Part shown: positions 1 to 11,011 of the stretch, in pieces
Numbering within the stretch: the stretch's first letter is position 1
Layout of the letters: each line of letters starts with the position of its first letter
NCBI RefSeq assembly: GCF_000017845.1
Contig: NC_010546.1
Span: 3,960,001-3,992,000 of the forward strand
Source: Crocosphaera subtropica ATCC 51142
GTDB taxonomy: Bacteria > Cyanobacteriota > Cyanobacteriia > Cyanobacteriales > Microcystaceae
Length of the DNA stretch: 32,000 nt
Reading direction: 5' to 3'
Notes under the pieces: generated by a model
Told to the model about the DNA's origin: nothing
Databases searched by the model: none
What the model saw: the letters and a program-made list of their open reading frames with translations, nothing else
Translations under genes and position numbers: made by a program

Positions 1-2052
1 CAACGTAATCTAATTTTAGAAAAATATTTGGCAGCTATTGAAGATTTAACCGAGATTTTAAGCTCATCCTTGCATTGGAGTAATGTATCTCAGGATCTCC
101 TGGACTCCTTAGAACGCGATCGCGTGGCCATGCCTGAAATTTATGATGAGTTGGCCATTCGTTACCGTCAAGAACCCTATCGCCTCAAATTAGCTTATAT
201 TGAAAAACGTTTAGAAACCACCCGCGATCGCAATAACCATCTGGCTAACCCAGAGAAACGACAAATTCTAACCGAAGAAACACCCCCCAATATTTACCAC
301 TCTGGGGAAGAATTTGAAGCAGAATTACAACTCATCAAGCGGAATTTAGAAGAAACTGGGTTAAAATGCCAAGCCCTTGAAAATCTCATTTTTCAAGCGC
401 AAATGTTCGGCTTTACCCTCACACAATTAGATTTCCGTCAAGAATCTTCCCGTCACTCCGAAACCATCGAAGTCATTGCCAATTATTTAAACGTTTTACC
501 CCGTCCCTACGGCGAACTATCCGAGACAGAAAAGGTCAATTGGTTAGTGGGGGAACTACAAACTCGTCGTCCTCTGATTCCGATGGAAATGCCATTCGAT
601 GAGAAAACCATCGAAACCATTGAAACCATGCGGATGTTGCGCTATCTTCAACAGGAGTTTGGTGTCGAAATTTGTCAAACCTACATCATCAGCATGACCA
701 ACGATGTCAGCGATGTGTTAGAAGTGTTGTTATTAGCCAAAGAAGCAGGACTTTACGATCCTGGAACCAGTACCACCACCATTCGCATTGTTCCCCTGTT
801 TGAAACGGTAGACGACTTAAAACGGGCCCCTGAGATCATGGATGCGTTGTTTAAGTTAACCTTATATCGGGCGGCGTTAGCTGGGGGTTATGACTACTTA
901 GACGAAGCCAAAAAAGAACAATTACCACCCCCAGAGTTACAACCAGCCAACCTACAAGAGATCATGGTAGGTTATTCCGATAGTAATAAAGATTCTGGTT
1001 TCTTGAGCAGTAACTGGGAAATACATAAGGCCCAAAAATCCCTACAAAAAGTTGCAGAACCTTACGGTTTAGCCTTAAGACTGTTTCATGGTCGTGGGGG
1101 TTCCGTGGGACGGGGTGGCGGTCCTGCTTATGCTGCTATTTTAGCCCAACCCACCGGTACTATTAACGGACGCATCAAAATCACCGAACAAGGGGAAGTT
1201 TTGGCTTCTAAATACTCCTTACCAGAACTGGCCTTATATAACCTAGAAACGGCAACCACGGCGGTGATCCAAGCCAGTTTACTAGGGAGTGGGTTTGATG
1301 ATATTGTTCCTTGGAACGACATTATGGAAGAGTTGGCTAGTAGTGCCAGGAAAGCTTATCGTAGTTTGATTTATGAGCAACCAGACTTCTTAGACTTCTT
1401 CCTATCCGTCACTCCTATCCCCGAAATTAGTCAATTACAGATTAGTTCTCGCCCTGCCAGGAGAAAAAGTGGTAAAAAAGATTTAAGTACCTTACGGGCA
1501 ATTCCTTGGGTGTTTAGTTGGACTCAAAGTCGTTTTCTTTTGCCGGCTTGGTATGGAGTCGGAACCGCATTAGAAAGCTTCTTGCAACAAGAACCGAATG
1601 AAAATTTGAAGTTACTGAGATATTTTTACTTGAAATGGCCATTCTTTAAAATGGTAATTTCTAAAGTAGAAATGACCCTTTCTAAAGTGGATTTACAAAT
1701 TGCTCACCACTATGTTAAAGAATTGTCTCAACCCGAAGATATAGAACGCTTTAATAAGGTATTTGAGCGAATTTCTCAAGAGTATCATCGCACCCGTGAC
1801 ATCATTTTAAGCATCAATGAACAACCAAAATTATTAGAAGGGGATGCCGGGTTACAGCGTTCCGTACAGTTAAGAAATGGAACCATTGTTCCTCTCGGTT
1901 TCTTACAAGTTTCTCTTCTTAAACGGTTACGTCAATACACCCGTCAAGCGGAGTCTGGAGTCATTCATTTCCGTTATTCCAAAGAAGAATTATTAAGGGG
2001 TGCATTGTTAACCATTAATGGTATTGCTGCTGGAATGCGGAATACTGGTTGA
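1..2052 (+). CDS. ppc: Phosphoenolpyruvate carboxylase, C-terminal ~684 aa (5' end lies left of the window)
   Basis: Frame 1 is open from base 1 ([10 protein letters not shown] precedes the TTG at 28 used by the ORF track). The translation carries PEPC signatures [12 protein letters not shown] and [14 protein letters not shown], and the invariant C-terminus ...AAGMRNTG. A cyanobacterial PEPC is ~1000 aa, so the N-terminal third is missing. Confidence 0.95.
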   Translation, partial: QRNLILEKYLAAIEDLTEILSSSLHWSNVSQDLLDSLERDRVAMPEIYDELAIRYRQEPYRLKLAYIEKRLETTRDRNNHLANPEKRQILTEETPPNIYHSGEEFEAELQLIKRNLEETGLKCQALENLIFQAQMFGFTLTQLDFRQESSRHSETIEVIANYLNVLPRPYGELSETEKVNWLVGELQTRRPLIPMEMPFDEKTIETIETMRMLRYLQQEFGVEICQTYIISMTNDVSDVLEVLLLAKEAGLYDPGTSTTTIRIVPLFETVDDLKRAPEIMDALFKLTLYRAALAGGYDYLDEAKKEQLPPPELQPANLQEIMVGYSDSNKDSGFLSSNWEIHKAQKSLQKVAEPYGLALRLFHGRGGSVGRGGGPAYAAILAQPTGTINGRIKITEQGEVLASKYSLPELALYNLETATTAVIQASLLGSGFDDIVPWNDIMEELASSARKAYRSLIYEQPDFLDFFLSVTPIPEISQLQISSRPARRKSGKKDLSTLRAIPWVFSWTQSRFLLPAWYGVGTALESFLQQEPNENLKLLRYFYLKWPFFKMVISKVEMTLSKVDLQIAHHYVKELSQPEDIERFNKVFERISQEYHRTRDIILSINEQPKLLEGDAGLQRSVQLRNGTIVPLGFLQVSLLKRLRQYTRQAESGVIHFRYSKEELLRGALLTINGIAAGMRNTG
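116..123. repeat. HIP1 octamer GCGATCGC (representative; 20 exact copies found by eye)
   Basis: Exact copies start at 116, 224, 2257, 4213, 4240, 7136, 7507, 8577, 8815, 9716, 11985, 14113, 15226, 15439, 17274, 17701, 18058, 18123, 26986 and 28030. This is a hallmark of many cyanobacterial genomes. Confidence 0.85.
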
Positions 2053-2124
2053 TCTTATTGAAATAGATATTAAAGTTGATGATCGGTATAATTAATGATC
2101 CATATATCGGTTATCAGTTTTTTT

Positions 2125-3219
2125 ATGGACAATCGTTTCAAATTTGCTGAAATTGTCGATTTACTGATTAGATTATTTCTGATCGGCTTGTTATTAGCTT
2201 GGTGTTTTCTCCTCATTCGTCCTTTTTTGGGTATTCTGCTGTGGGGAATTATTTTGGCGATCGCTGTTTTCCCTGTTTTTTTATGGTTAAAAAACCGTTT
2301 AGGAGGTCGTAGAAAACTAGCAGGAGTTCTGCTTATTTTATTCGGTATTGCAGTCATTATCGGACCTGTGAGTTTTGTGGCTACTATTTTTGTTGGTAAT
2401 GCTCAAACTTTTGCTGATAATCTGACTTCTGGTAGCTTAAAGGTTCCTCCTCCCCCAGAAGGAGTGGAAAACTGGCCAATTATCGGAAACTATGTTGATC
2501 GGATGTGGACATCAGCATCGAATAATTTAATATCCGTATTAAGTAAATTTCAACCCCAACTAGAAACAATAGCCAAAAATTTATTATTTTTTGCTGGTAA
2601 TATGGGTTTGGTCTTATTGAAGTTTATTCTCTCTATTATTGTTGCCGGCATTTTAACCATTAATTCAAAACAATTAAACAGAAGAATTAAACGAATTTTT
2701 ATCCGTGTCACACCCCAACAAGGGGAAGAATTTCTACAATTGGCTACTGCTACTATTCGGGGGGTAACACGGGGTATTATTGGGGTGTCTTTGATACAAA
2801 GTCTTCTCGTTGGTATTGGTTTCACGGTTGCAGGAATACCATTATCGGGTTTATTAACCGTATTATGCTTAGTTCTATGTATTCTTCAAATTGGACTAGG
2901 TCCGGTCGTTTTTCCCTCCATTATCTTTGCATGGTACACGATGGGAACTCTCAAAGCCTTATTGTTAAGTATCTGGCTCATTTTCTGCACGTTGATTGAT
3001 AATATTCTTAGACCCATTTTTATGTCTCAGGGGGTATCGGTTCCTATTCTTGTCATTTTTATCGGTGTTTTTGGAGGGAGTCTCCTTCATGGAATTTTGG
3101 GGTTATTTATTGGTCCAGTGGTGCTTAGTTTGGGTTATGAGTTGGCATTGGCTTGGGTTAAGCAAGATGTTAAACCTATTTTAAATAATGGTAAGCCTAA
3201 TAACTCCGATGAACAATAA
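2125..3219 (+). CDS. AI-2E family (PerM/UPF0118-type) membrane transporter
   Basis: Polytopic membrane protein of 364-374 aa with AI-2E-like layout: N-terminal TM pair, central loop, and a C-terminal hydrophobic block ...ILRPIFMSQGVSVPILVIFIGVFGGSLLHGILGLFIGPVV. The start is ambiguous (ATG 2095 or ATG 2125). TATAAT at 2087-2092 favours a transcript starting near 2099 and the 2125 start. Confidence 0.75.
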   Translation: MDNRFKFAEIVDLLIRLFLIGLLLAWCFLLIRPFLGILLWGIILAIAVFPVFLWLKNRLGGRRKLAGVLLILFGIAVIIGPVSFVATIFVGNAQTFADNLTSGSLKVPPPPEGVENWPIIGNYVDRMWTSASNNLISVLSKFQPQLETIAKNLLFFAGNMGLVLLKFILSIIVAGILTINSKQLNRRIKRIFIRVTPQQGEEFLQLATATIRGVTRGIIGVSLIQSLLVGIGFTVAGIPLSGLLTVLCLVLCILQIGLGPVVFPSIIFAWYTMGTLKALLLSIWLIFCTLIDNILRPIFMSQGVSVPILVIFIGVFGGSLLHGILGLFIGPVVLSLGYELALAWVKQDVKPILNNGKPNNSDEQ

Positions 3220-3387
3220 ATAATTAATTGTTTGATTAATTTTGATCCTTATTTTTAGTTTTTGTACTAAGATAAAAAGCAAGATCAAACTAATAAGACT
3301 GTAATAAATAATCATATTATTATTGAAATATTTTAACTTGCTACTATTGAAACTTAAATTGTGGATATCCTACTTTCATAAAAAGAA

Positions 3388-6378
3388 TTAAGAATCAGGA
3401 ACAATAATTTCCTCTTCTTGATCCACCTCCCGAATAATAGTAGAAGGATTAACCTTTTTTGGTTCAAAAATAGATGTTAATCCTTCATCGAGGGTTTCTG
3501 ACATGACAATTTGATTTTCATAAACCACAATCACTCTTGCTAAAGTTGGTAAACTATTTTCTTCGGCTTCTAAATATAAGGGTTCAACATATAATAAAGA
3601 TTGTTCTTTAAAAAAAGGAATGACTAATAAGTTACCTTGAATAACTCGCGATCCTTGACGGTTCCAAAGGGAAATTTGTTGAGAAATAACGGGATCTTGA
3701 TTAATTAAAGCTTCAATTTGTTCAGGTCCATAGATAATCCTTTGTTTCGGAAGTTCAAATAATAACCGCTTACCGTAATTATCACCATCAGAACGAGCAA
3801 ATAAACCAGCAATTAAGTTATTACGACTGGTTGGCGTGTAAACATTAAATAACATAAATTCTTGTGCATCACTGGTAAGATTCATTAATAAGTAATAGGG
3901 TTCAATGGGTTGCCGATTTTCACCATAAATTTCTTGAGGAATTCGCCATTGATCCTCTCGATTATAAAAGACTTGAGGATCGGTCATATGATAAGTTAGT
4001 AAACGTTCTGATTGAGTATTGTATAAATCTCTAGGATAACGAATATGGGCTTTAAGAAAAATGGGTATTTCTGAGAAAGGTTTAAACAGAGTTGGAAAGA
4101 TTTTATCCCAAGTTTGAATTAACGGATCATTCTCATCAATAACGTAGAAATTAACATCACCATTGTAAGCATCAATCACAATTTTGACAGAATTGCGAAT
4201 ATAATTAAATGGGCGATCGCCGGGTTCTGAATAGGGATAGCGATCGCTGGTTGTATAAGCATCAATTATCCAATATAAAGTAGTTTCTTCTGATTTATTC
4301 TCATCATTTTTAACTTTAGCTGTCACCAAATAAGGATCACGATCAAACCTTAAAAAAGGGGCAATCATTCTAATTCTACGATTAATATTACGCCGAAAAA
4401 TCAATCTAGTATTTGGGGTAAAATTTCGAGTGAATATCATCTGCCAATCTTTTAAATAATCAGCAAATAAGAATCGTCTTACCCAATTTTTGATTTCAAT
4501 TCCTCCTCTTCCATCGTAAATATTATAAACATTATCTTGACCACTCGGATAGTCTAATTCTTTCACTTCGGTATTGGTCATAATATAAGTATTTGTTGAT
4601 TCTCCGAAGTAAATTCTAGGGTTATCAATGGGAATACTATCTCGAATTAAAGGACTAGAGGTTTGTAAGTCTCCTGTGTTGTTTTCTGTGCCAATATTTT
4701 CAACAAAATAGAAAGGTAAACCCCCTTGAGCAACCTGATTAACCGGGGATAAAGTAAAGCCGTAACCATGGGTATAAACTAGATGTTGATTAACCCAAGT
4801 TTTGGCTTGTTCGGGTACTTCGTTATAGTCTAATTCCCTGGCAGCAATTAATACCTGTTGTTTAGCAACTTGCAGTAAATTTCTATCATTTTCAAGGGGG
4901 ATTGTGTAGCGATCCATATCAGCATCGTTAAACTTATAATAGAGTCTTAATTGTTGTAATTGACGATTAGTTTGTAAGAGAGGACGAGAATCCCAAAGAC
5001 GAATATTATTAATCGTTAAGCGATTTTCATCTAACGATTTTGCTGTTAAATTTCCCGTTGCATTAAGGGTTTCAACTTCAATTGTATCTAAATCAAAAGC
5101 ATGACGGGTTAAGGCAATATTACGTTCAATATAAGGAATTTCTCTGGCTAATTCATTCGGTTCTACAATTAAACTTTGTACAGCTTGTTGACCAAAAATA
5201 GAAACAGTTAGAATACTTAAATAAAGTATAAATGGTAAAGGAGAAAAAGGAAGATGATAAAAAATAGAACGTTTTAACGACCGAATTTGAGCATACCGTC
5301 CCCATCCTGTTAGTCCCTTAATTAATAACCATAAGGCAATCATCATGGATGTAATCGCTGCAATGGTGTACATAGGCAGCAAAAAATGTATATCTGTATA
5401 ACTGGCTCCAAACACAACCCCCTGAGTCGAGTATAATAATTGATATCTTGCTAACCAATGATAGAGTCCAATAATGGACATTAAAAGACCACCTAAAATA
5501 TAGATATGGCGCAGTTGATAACGGGAAAAGCCAGGAAATTTTCCCTGAGATAAACTATTAGCTGATAATAAATAAGTCAAAGTTACAATAATTAATCCGA
5601 GTAAAAATAATCCACCTAACCAAAAATTAACTAATTTCCAAAAAGAAAACTTAAAAATATAAAAACTAATATCCCGACCAAACTGAGGATCAACTTCTCC
5701 AAAAGCAGTAGGATTTACATATTCTAAAATTCTTGTCCAGTTTCCCGACAAAACTAGACCAAATATCATACTAAATCCCAAAGATACTATTCTTAAAAAT
5801 AACTGACCCTTAAGAAAAATTACCATAATAATAACCCCCATAATTGCCCCTTTCCATAACTGATTTTTGAGTTGGGATAAGAGTTCGGGAACAGAGGTGA
5901 AAAAGAAGGGAGAGGGTAAAGCCGGGGTGATATTAGGTAAGGTAAAATCTGGAGTCCAAACATTATAAGCTACTTCACTGTAATAAAGTAGCATTAATCC
6001 TGTTAATCCCCCTAAACTAATAATAATAAAAAGTAACCATAAAAGACCAAAAGAACGGGACTCTGGCATTAATTGGGGGGTTCGTTGTTTACGTTGTTTC
6101 CGTCTCTTTTCATTTTTTCTAGGAACTTGGGGAATAAAATGCCATTGATGACGTTTGGCTTGACGTAAATTGCCCCATAAAAACCATAACGAAAAACCAC
6201 TAATAATTCCCCATAACCCTAACTGCCATGATAATTGTTTCAAAAAGATATCTAAATAACCAACTTCTTGGAACCAAAGTCCCTCGACAATCACATGAGA
6301 TATCAATTCAAATATTAAGCCAATCCCTAATAGAAAGGCAAAAAATTTGGTTAGGAAATGGTCTAACAACTTAGGCAT
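3388..6378 (-). CDS. UPF0182 family large membrane protein
   Basis: 996 aa. It has about 7 N-terminal TM segments and then a large soluble domain with motifs I associate with UPF0182 (NIRLWDSRPL, YTHGYGFTLSPVNQ, LIRDSIP, IRYPRDLY). Only 24 nt separate it from the upstream P450 gene on the same strand. Confidence 0.75.
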   Translation of the reverse strand: MPKLLDHFLTKFFAFLLGIGLIFELISHVIVEGLWFQEVGYLDIFLKQLSWQLGLWGIISGFSLWFLWGNLRQAKRHQWHFIPQVPRKNEKRRKQRKQRTPQLMPESRSFGLLWLLFIIISLGGLTGLMLLYYSEVAYNVWTPDFTLPNITPALPSPFFFTSVPELLSQLKNQLWKGAIMGVIIMVIFLKGQLFLRIVSLGFSMIFGLVLSGNWTRILEYVNPTAFGEVDPQFGRDISFYIFKFSFWKLVNFWLGGLFLLGLIIVTLTYLLSANSLSQGKFPGFSRYQLRHIYILGGLLMSIIGLYHWLARYQLLYSTQGVVFGASYTDIHFLLPMYTIAAITSMMIALWLLIKGLTGWGRYAQIRSLKRSIFYHLPFSPLPFILYLSILTVSIFGQQAVQSLIVEPNELAREIPYIERNIALTRHAFDLDTIEVETLNATGNLTAKSLDENRLTINNIRLWDSRPLLQTNRQLQQLRLYYKFNDADMDRYTIPLENDRNLLQVAKQQVLIAARELDYNEVPEQAKTWVNQHLVYTHGYGFTLSPVNQVAQGGLPFYFVENIGTENNTGDLQTSSPLIRDSIPIDNPRIYFGESTNTYIMTNTEVKELDYPSGQDNVYNIYDGRGGIEIKNWVRRFLFADYLKDWQMIFTRNFTPNTRLIFRRNINRRIRMIAPFLRFDRDPYLVTAKVKNDENKSEETTLYWIIDAYTTSDRYPYSEPGDRPFNYIRNSVKIVIDAYNGDVNFYVIDENDPLIQTWDKIFPTLFKPFSEIPIFLKAHIRYPRDLYNTQSERLLTYHMTDPQVFYNREDQWRIPQEIYGENRQPIEPYYLLMNLTSDAQEFMLFNVYTPTSRNNLIAGLFARSDGDNYGKRLLFELPKQRIIYGPEQIEALINQDPVISQQISLWNRQGSRVIQGNLLVIPFFKEQSLLYVEPLYLEAEENSLPTLARVIVVYENQIVMSETLDEGLTSIFEPKKVNPSTIIREVDQEEEIIVPDS

Positions 6379-6402
6379 GATAGGCGTTATGGGAGTAGCT
6401 TT

Positions 6403-7788
6403 TTATCGTCTTGATAATTCCAATTCTCGAACGGGTTGAGGTTGGCGTTTTCCTTCTAAAATCATTTTCACACCTCTAGCCGGGGACAAAGTTAAACCCC
6501 GTCTTTGTTGTTTTTCGGGTTGAGTATCAGCTAATTTCAAGCAATACTGAGACATGATTGTGGCGATGACTAATTTCATTTCAAATTGTGCCAATGCTTC
6601 CCCAACGCAACGACGAGAACCCCCACCAAAAGGAATAAATTCGTAGGGGGTATATTGGCGATCAATAAATCTTTGGGGGTTAAATTGTTCAGGGTTGCTA
6701 TATAAATCTTCCCGTCGATGAGTTAAATACATACATCCTTGGATCATGTCCCCTGATTCAAAAGTGTAACCGGCTACCTCCACCTTTTCTTGAACGACTC
6801 TGGTAAAGGTTAACATGGCTGATGGGGAGAGTCTCAGGGTTTCGTTGCAAACTGCAGTTAAATAGGGAAGACGGAAAATATCCATTCCTTCTGCATTGGG
6901 TGAAAGGGTGTCTAACTCTTCGATTAGCTTGTCTTTGACTTCAGGAGTATCATGAAGCCAGTATAATGCCCAGGCCATAGCCGAGGCCGTGGTTTCGTGG
7001 CCGGCGGTTAAGAGGGTCATTAATTCATCCCGTAATTCTTGATCCCTCATCCCCTGACCCTGTTCATCTTTTGCAAACATGAGAAGGGATAAAATATCTG
7101 TGCGATCCGAATCAGGGTTAGCCCGGCGATCGCTAATTTCTGCATAGATCAAGTCATCGATCGCCTTCCGTTGACGAAGAAACCGACCCCAAGGACTCCA
7201 GTTCCCCCAATCTTTTTGCAAAAAGGGAAAGAATAAAAAGGTAGAAGTTACAGGAGAATTAAATAGATCAAGCATTTTTTTTAATCGATCTTGTAATTCT
7301 TCATAACGTTCCCCTTGAGTTACTCCGAATACCGCTTCCATAATCACTTTTAAGGAGATATCTTGCATGATCTCCCTGGCTAAAAAGGGTTGATTTTGGG
7401 GTACCTTTTCCATCACTTCTTTGGTTATGCGACAGGTTAAATCTCCATAGACTTTGAGACGTTCCCCATGAAAAGATGGCATCACCAACTGACGACGTTG
7501 ACGATGGCGATCGCTGTCGAGCATAATCACAGAATAATCTCCAATCAATGGCCGCAACAGCGCATTTAAGCTACTGGGGGAAGTAAATTGCTTGCGATCA
7601 TGGGTTAACACATATTGCATTATCTCAGGATCACTGGTGAAGATAACATTATCCCCTAAACCAATGACTTTAGCCTTAAATATATCGGGATAGCGACGAT
7701 GATTGGTCTGTAAATAACCCGTGGGATTTAAAATCCATTGTAATTGTTGTATAAATTTAGGGCTTTTAGCGGTAGGAATTGTTTTCAT
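6403..7788 (-). CDS. Cytochrome P450 (CYP110-like)
   Basis: Heme-thiolate loop FGGGSRRCVGEALA, I-helix AGHETT and K-helix ETLR are present. The start was chosen at MKTIPTAK (ATG 7788). The 21 codons upstream in the ORF track look non-coding. Confidence 0.9.
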   Translation of the reverse strand: MKTIPTAKSPKFIQQLQWILNPTGYLQTNHRRYPDIFKAKVIGLGDNVIFTSDPEIMQYVLTHDRKQFTSPSSLNALLRPLIGDYSVIMLDSDRHRQRRQLVMPSFHGERLKVYGDLTCRITKEVMEKVPQNQPFLAREIMQDISLKVIMEAVFGVTQGERYEELQDRLKKMLDLFNSPVTSTFLFFPFLQKDWGNWSPWGRFLRQRKAIDDLIYAEISDRRANPDSDRTDILSLLMFAKDEQGQGMRDQELRDELMTLLTAGHETTASAMAWALYWLHDTPEVKDKLIEELDTLSPNAEGMDIFRLPYLTAVCNETLRLSPSAMLTFTRVVQEKVEVAGYTFESGDMIQGCMYLTHRREDLYSNPEQFNPQRFIDRQYTPYEFIPFGGGSRRCVGEALAQFEMKLVIATIMSQYCLKLADTQPEKQQRRGLTLSPARGVKMILEGKRQPQPVRELELSRR

Positions 7789-7946
7789 TCTGCTGATTAT
7801 TATCGTTGTAAGATACCTTATTTCTTTATGGTAGTTGATCTCAACTATCAATGAAATTTACAGCAAGTGGGGAGTTATTTTAAAGTACACCTCCGTCCCA
7901 TCCCCCTAGTAGGGAAGACTAAGGAGGGTGGGGTTTGGGGAGAAAA

Positions 7947-8960
7947 TTAGGCAATTTTAGAGGGAAAAACCCAAGTTTTACTGAGTTTAACAAAAACCTG
8001 TTGTTGCTGTTTTAAATTTAATTGAGAAAACATTTCACGGGTGATGTGTGCAACCACTTCATGACCATCATCTAATTGAATTTCTGCTTGAATTTCCCAT
8101 CCTAGATGAATAATTCTCTGTATGGTTCCCCAAGTCCCCTCACCATTCTCTGTGGGGGAAATGGTTAATTCATGGGGACGGACGAAAATTTCTGAAATAG
8201 GATGACTTGCAGCTAATTTTGAGGATAAATTACTATGTTTAGGCAAAACATTGACATCCCCAATAAAATTCATTACAAAGGGAGTTGCAGGATGATCGTA
8301 AATGGTTTGAGGGGTTCCTACCTGTTCAATCCGCCCCTGGTTCATAACCACAATTTCATCAGCAACGGCCATAGCCTCTTCTTGATCGTGGGTCACAAAA
8401 ACACTGGTGACATGAACCGTATCATGAAGACGACGCAACCAACTGCGTAATTCTTTCCTGACTTTAGCATCTAACGCCCCAAATGGTTCATCTAAAAGCA
8501 ACACTTCTGGTTGTACCGCTAAGGATCTCGCTAGGGCCACCCGTTGTCGCTGACCCCCTGATAATTGAATGGGATAGCGATCGCCTAGTCCTTGTAATTG
8601 GATTAAGTCTAGCAGTTCATTAACTTTAGCCTGAATTCTTTTTTTGGGATGACCTCGTAATTCTAACCCAAAGGCAATATTTTGACGCACAGTAAGATGC
8701 TTAAATAGAGCATAATGTTGAAAAACAAAGCCAATATTACGCTTACGAATGTCTAAATGGGTGGTATCTCGTCCGTTAATGATAATTGACCCTGTATCGG
8801 GAGGTTCGAGTCCTGCGATCGCTCTTAATAGGGTTGATTTTCCTGATCCCGATGGACCGAGTAAAGCGACTAATTTTCCGGGTTTCACCTCAAGATTAAT
8901 CTTATCAAGGGCTTGAAAATGACCAAATTGTTTTGAAACATTACTAATGACAATACTCAT
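7947..8960 (-). CDS. cysA: Sulfate/thiosulfate ABC transporter ATP-binding protein
   Basis: Walker [10 protein letters not shown], signature [13 protein letters not shown], Walker [12 protein letters not shown] and a C-terminal regulatory (TOBE-like) domain. It is last in the sbpA-cysT-cysW-cysA order. Confidence 0.9.
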   Translation of the reverse strand: MSIVISNVSKQFGHFQALDKINLEVKPGKLVALLGPSGSGKSTLLRAIAGLEPPDTGSIIINGRDTTHLDIRKRNIGFVFQHYALFKHLTVRQNIAFGLELRGHPKKRIQAKVNELLDLIQLQGLGDRYPIQLSGGQRQRVALARSLAVQPEVLLLDEPFGALDAKVRKELRSWLRRLHDTVHVTSVFVTHDQEEAMAVADEIVVMNQGRIEQVGTPQTIYDHPATPFVMNFIGDVNVLPKHSNLSSKLAASHPISEIFVRPHELTISPTENGEGTWGTIQRIIHLGWEIQAEIQLDDGHEVVAHITREMFSQLNLKQQQQVFVKLSKTWVFPSKIA

Positions 8961-8985
8961 GATTGATCCTCTATATTTTGTTTAT

Positions 8986-9825
8986 TTAATGACTGGTTTT
9001 ACGATGGGTATAACGTTCAAGAATTTCCTTAAAAATAAGGGTGATAAGGGCTAAACCAGCAAGGATAACCGCAGCCCCAAAAGCGGCTTCTGTTTGATAA
9101 TTTTTGTAGGCTAATTCAACAAAAATCGGTAAAGTAGCAGTACGTCCCAAAATACTGCCAGAAACCACGGCAACAGCCCCAAATTCCCCCATTGCTCTAG
9201 CATTACTCAGTAATACCCCATAAAGCAACCCCCAACGAATATTGGGTAAGGTGACACGCCAAAAAATTTGCCAATCTGTAGCCCCCAAGGTTCTTGCTGC
9301 TTCTTCTTGATCCGATCCCATCTCTTCTAATACGGGAATGACTTCCCTAGCAACAAAGGGTAAAGTGACAAAAATAGTGGCTAGAACCATCCCAGGTAAA
9401 GCAAAAATGATTTGTATGCCAATTTGTTCTAAAACAGAACCAAACCAGCCATTACGACCATAAACTAACACCAACATTAATCCTGCTACCACGGGAGAAA
9501 CAGAGAAAGGCAGATCAATAAGACTCATTAATAAGGTTCGTCCTTTAAAGCGTTTTCTGGCTAATACCCAAGCTGCACAAAGTCCGAAAATAGTATTAAG
9601 AGGAACAGCAATCAAAGCAATAATTAAAGTTAATTTGATGGCTGCTAAAAAATTTGTCTGACTGATGGCCAAGAAAAATGGTTCAACTCCTCGGTGGAAG
9701 GCTTCATAAAAAGCAGCGATCGCAGGAATAAACAAGACTAACAAAAGATAACTAATTGCTACAAAAATTAAGACTAAAGGGACATATTTCGATGATTGAA
9801 TATTTAACATAATACTAACCTTCAA
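8986..9825 (-). CDS. cysW: Sulfate ABC transporter permease
   Basis: Six-TM ABC permease with EAA-type loop EEAARTLGATDWQIFWRVTLPNIRW. It lies between cysT and cysA, 3 nt after the cysT stop. Confidence 0.85.
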   Translation of the reverse strand: MKVSIMLNIQSSKYVPLVLIFVAISYLLLVLFIPAIAAFYEAFHRGVEPFFLAISQTNFLAAIKLTLIIALIAVPLNTIFGLCAAWVLARKRFKGRTLLMSLIDLPFSVSPVVAGLMLVLVYGRNGWFGSVLEQIGIQIIFALPGMVLATIFVTLPFVAREVIPVLEEMGSDQEEAARTLGATDWQIFWRVTLPNIRWGLLYGVLLSNARAMGEFGAVAVVSGSILGRTATLPIFVELAYKNYQTEAAFGAAVILAGLALITLIFKEILERYTHRKTSH

Positions 9826-9828
9826 TGA

Positions 9829-10710
9829 TTACTTAACTTGATAGCGTTGTCCCCATTGCTGTAACCTGTTAATCACTAAAAGCATTAACAGAGAAACTAA
9901 CATGAGAACTGTCCCAATAACTGTTGCCCCAGCGTAGTCATATTGTTCCAATCTTTGAAACACTAAAACAGGCGCAATCAAATCATTAAAAGGAATATTA
10001 GAGGCAATAATAACCACTGATCCATATTCCCCAATAGCACGAGAAAACCCTAACGCAACCCCAGTTAAAATAGAAGGAATTAAAGGGGGTAAAATGACTC
10101 GCAAAAATGTCTGTAATTGATTTGCTCCTAATACCCAAGCCGCTTCTTCTAATTCTGGTTCTAGTTCTTGTAAAACGGGTTGTAAAGTTCTCACTACAAA
10201 GGGTAAAGAAATAAACAACATTGCCACAAAAACCCCTAAACGAGTAAAAGCAATTTTAATCCCAAATGGAACGAAAAATTGACCTATCCATCCCTCTTGA
10301 CTATAAACGGTTGCTAACACTAAACCAGCTACAGAAGTAGGTAACGCAAAAGGTAAATCGATACAAGCATCAATAAGCTTTTTGCAGGGAAATTGATAAC
10401 GAACTAATACCCATGCGACTAAACTGCCCATTATACCGTTAATTAATCCTGCCAATAAAGAGGTTAAGAAAGTCACATTATAAGCAGATAAAGCCACAGA
10501 AGATGTCGCAATTCTCCAAAATTCTGAAAATCCTAAAGTTAAAGATTTACTGATCAGTGCTAGGGTAGGAACTAGCAACAGAATAAGGAGATAGCTAAGG
10601 GTAATAACCCAAGGAATGGAAACGGTAGAAGGCGAAGAAAATCTTGATTTCAAGAAGATATTTTCAAGGTAAGTATTCATATTTTTTGTGTCAATTATTA
10701 ATGTTACCAT
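9829..10710 (-). CDS. cysT: Sulfate ABC transporter permease
   Basis: ABC permease with EAA loop EEAAWVLGANQLQTFLRVILPPLIP, paralogous to the adjacent cysW. ATG 10710 overlaps the upstream NIL-gene stop (ATGGTAA). An alternative ATG lies at 10680. Confidence 0.85.
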   Translation of the reverse strand: MVTLIIDTKNMNTYLENIFLKSRFSSPSTVSIPWVITLSYLLILLLVPTLALISKSLTLGFSEFWRIATSSVALSAYNVTFLTSLLAGLINGIMGSLVAWVLVRYQFPCKKLIDACIDLPFALPTSVAGLVLATVYSQEGWIGQFFVPFGIKIAFTRLGVFVAMLFISLPFVVRTLQPVLQELEPELEEAAWVLGANQLQTFLRVILPPLIPSILTGVALGFSRAIGEYGSVVIIASNIPFNDLIAPVLVFQRLEQYDYAGATVIGTVLMLVSLLMLLVINRLQQWGQRYQVK

Positions 10711-10994
10711 CCGTCATATTCTTGAGTGGAATCTCCCCAAATAATAATATTATTTTCTCTGAGGGAAAGTAAGGCATTTTCAATCTGTTGTGATTCTCCT
10801 TGAATGTCAAGATCAAACCAACCACTTTGATCTCCAGTTTGATCTAACATAGCCCCTAGAATGTTGATTTTAAGATGATAAAAAGTAGCTAATTGAGAAA
10901 GAATCGGATCTTGATGATATTCAGCAGGAATCTGAATTGTAATTCGTCTTTGAATGAATCGATCTTGTTGGTTGGAATTCGATAAAAGAGTCAT
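10704..10994 (-). CDS. Small NIL-domain-like protein of the sulfate transport operon
   Basis: 96-aa soluble protein (RRITIQIPAEYHQDPILSQLATFYHLKINILGAML...GWFDLDIQG) that resembles the ~80-aa NIL-domain proteins found in cyanobacterial sulfate clusters. It sits 17 nt after sbpA and overlaps the cysT start. Confidence 0.6.
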   Translation of the reverse strand: MTLLSNSNQQDRFIQRRITIQIPAEYHQDPILSQLATFYHLKINILGAMLDQTGDQSGWFDLDIQGESQQIENALLSLRENNIIIWGDSTQEYDGW

Positions 10995-11011
10995 AGTAAC
11001 CTCCAGTGGAC

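Noticed and set aside
1128-3184. Short ORFs 1128..1322(-), 2070..2357(-), 2550..2825(-) and 2996..3184(+)
   Set aside because: They are nested in or antisense to the well-supported ppc and AI-2E transporter genes. Their translations are low-complexity and lack motifs, so they are shadow ORFs.
3242-3288. AT-rich imperfect hairpin (TTGATC...GATCAA arms) between the convergent AI-2E and UPF0182 genes
   Set aside because: Pairing beyond the outer 6 bp needs bulges and is almost all A-T. It is plausible as a bidirectional terminator but too weak to call.
7789-7851. N-terminal extension of the P450 ORF (MIVEINYHKEIRYLTTIIISR), and likewise 12050..12115 for sbpA (MYCIYCVFHVNFFYETSKNYLL)
   Set aside because: The extensions are not protein-like and are not part of the family N-termini. 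The internal ATGs (7788 and 12049) give a normal P450 start and a normal signal peptide.
7897-7932. Imperfect 11-bp hairpin CCCATCCCCCT...AGGAGGGTGGG downstream of cysA, considered as a possible terminator
   Set aside because: It has one mismatch and one wobble, and no U-tract follows on the minus strand. It is not convincing as an intrinsic terminator and is mentioned only as a possible partial attenuator.
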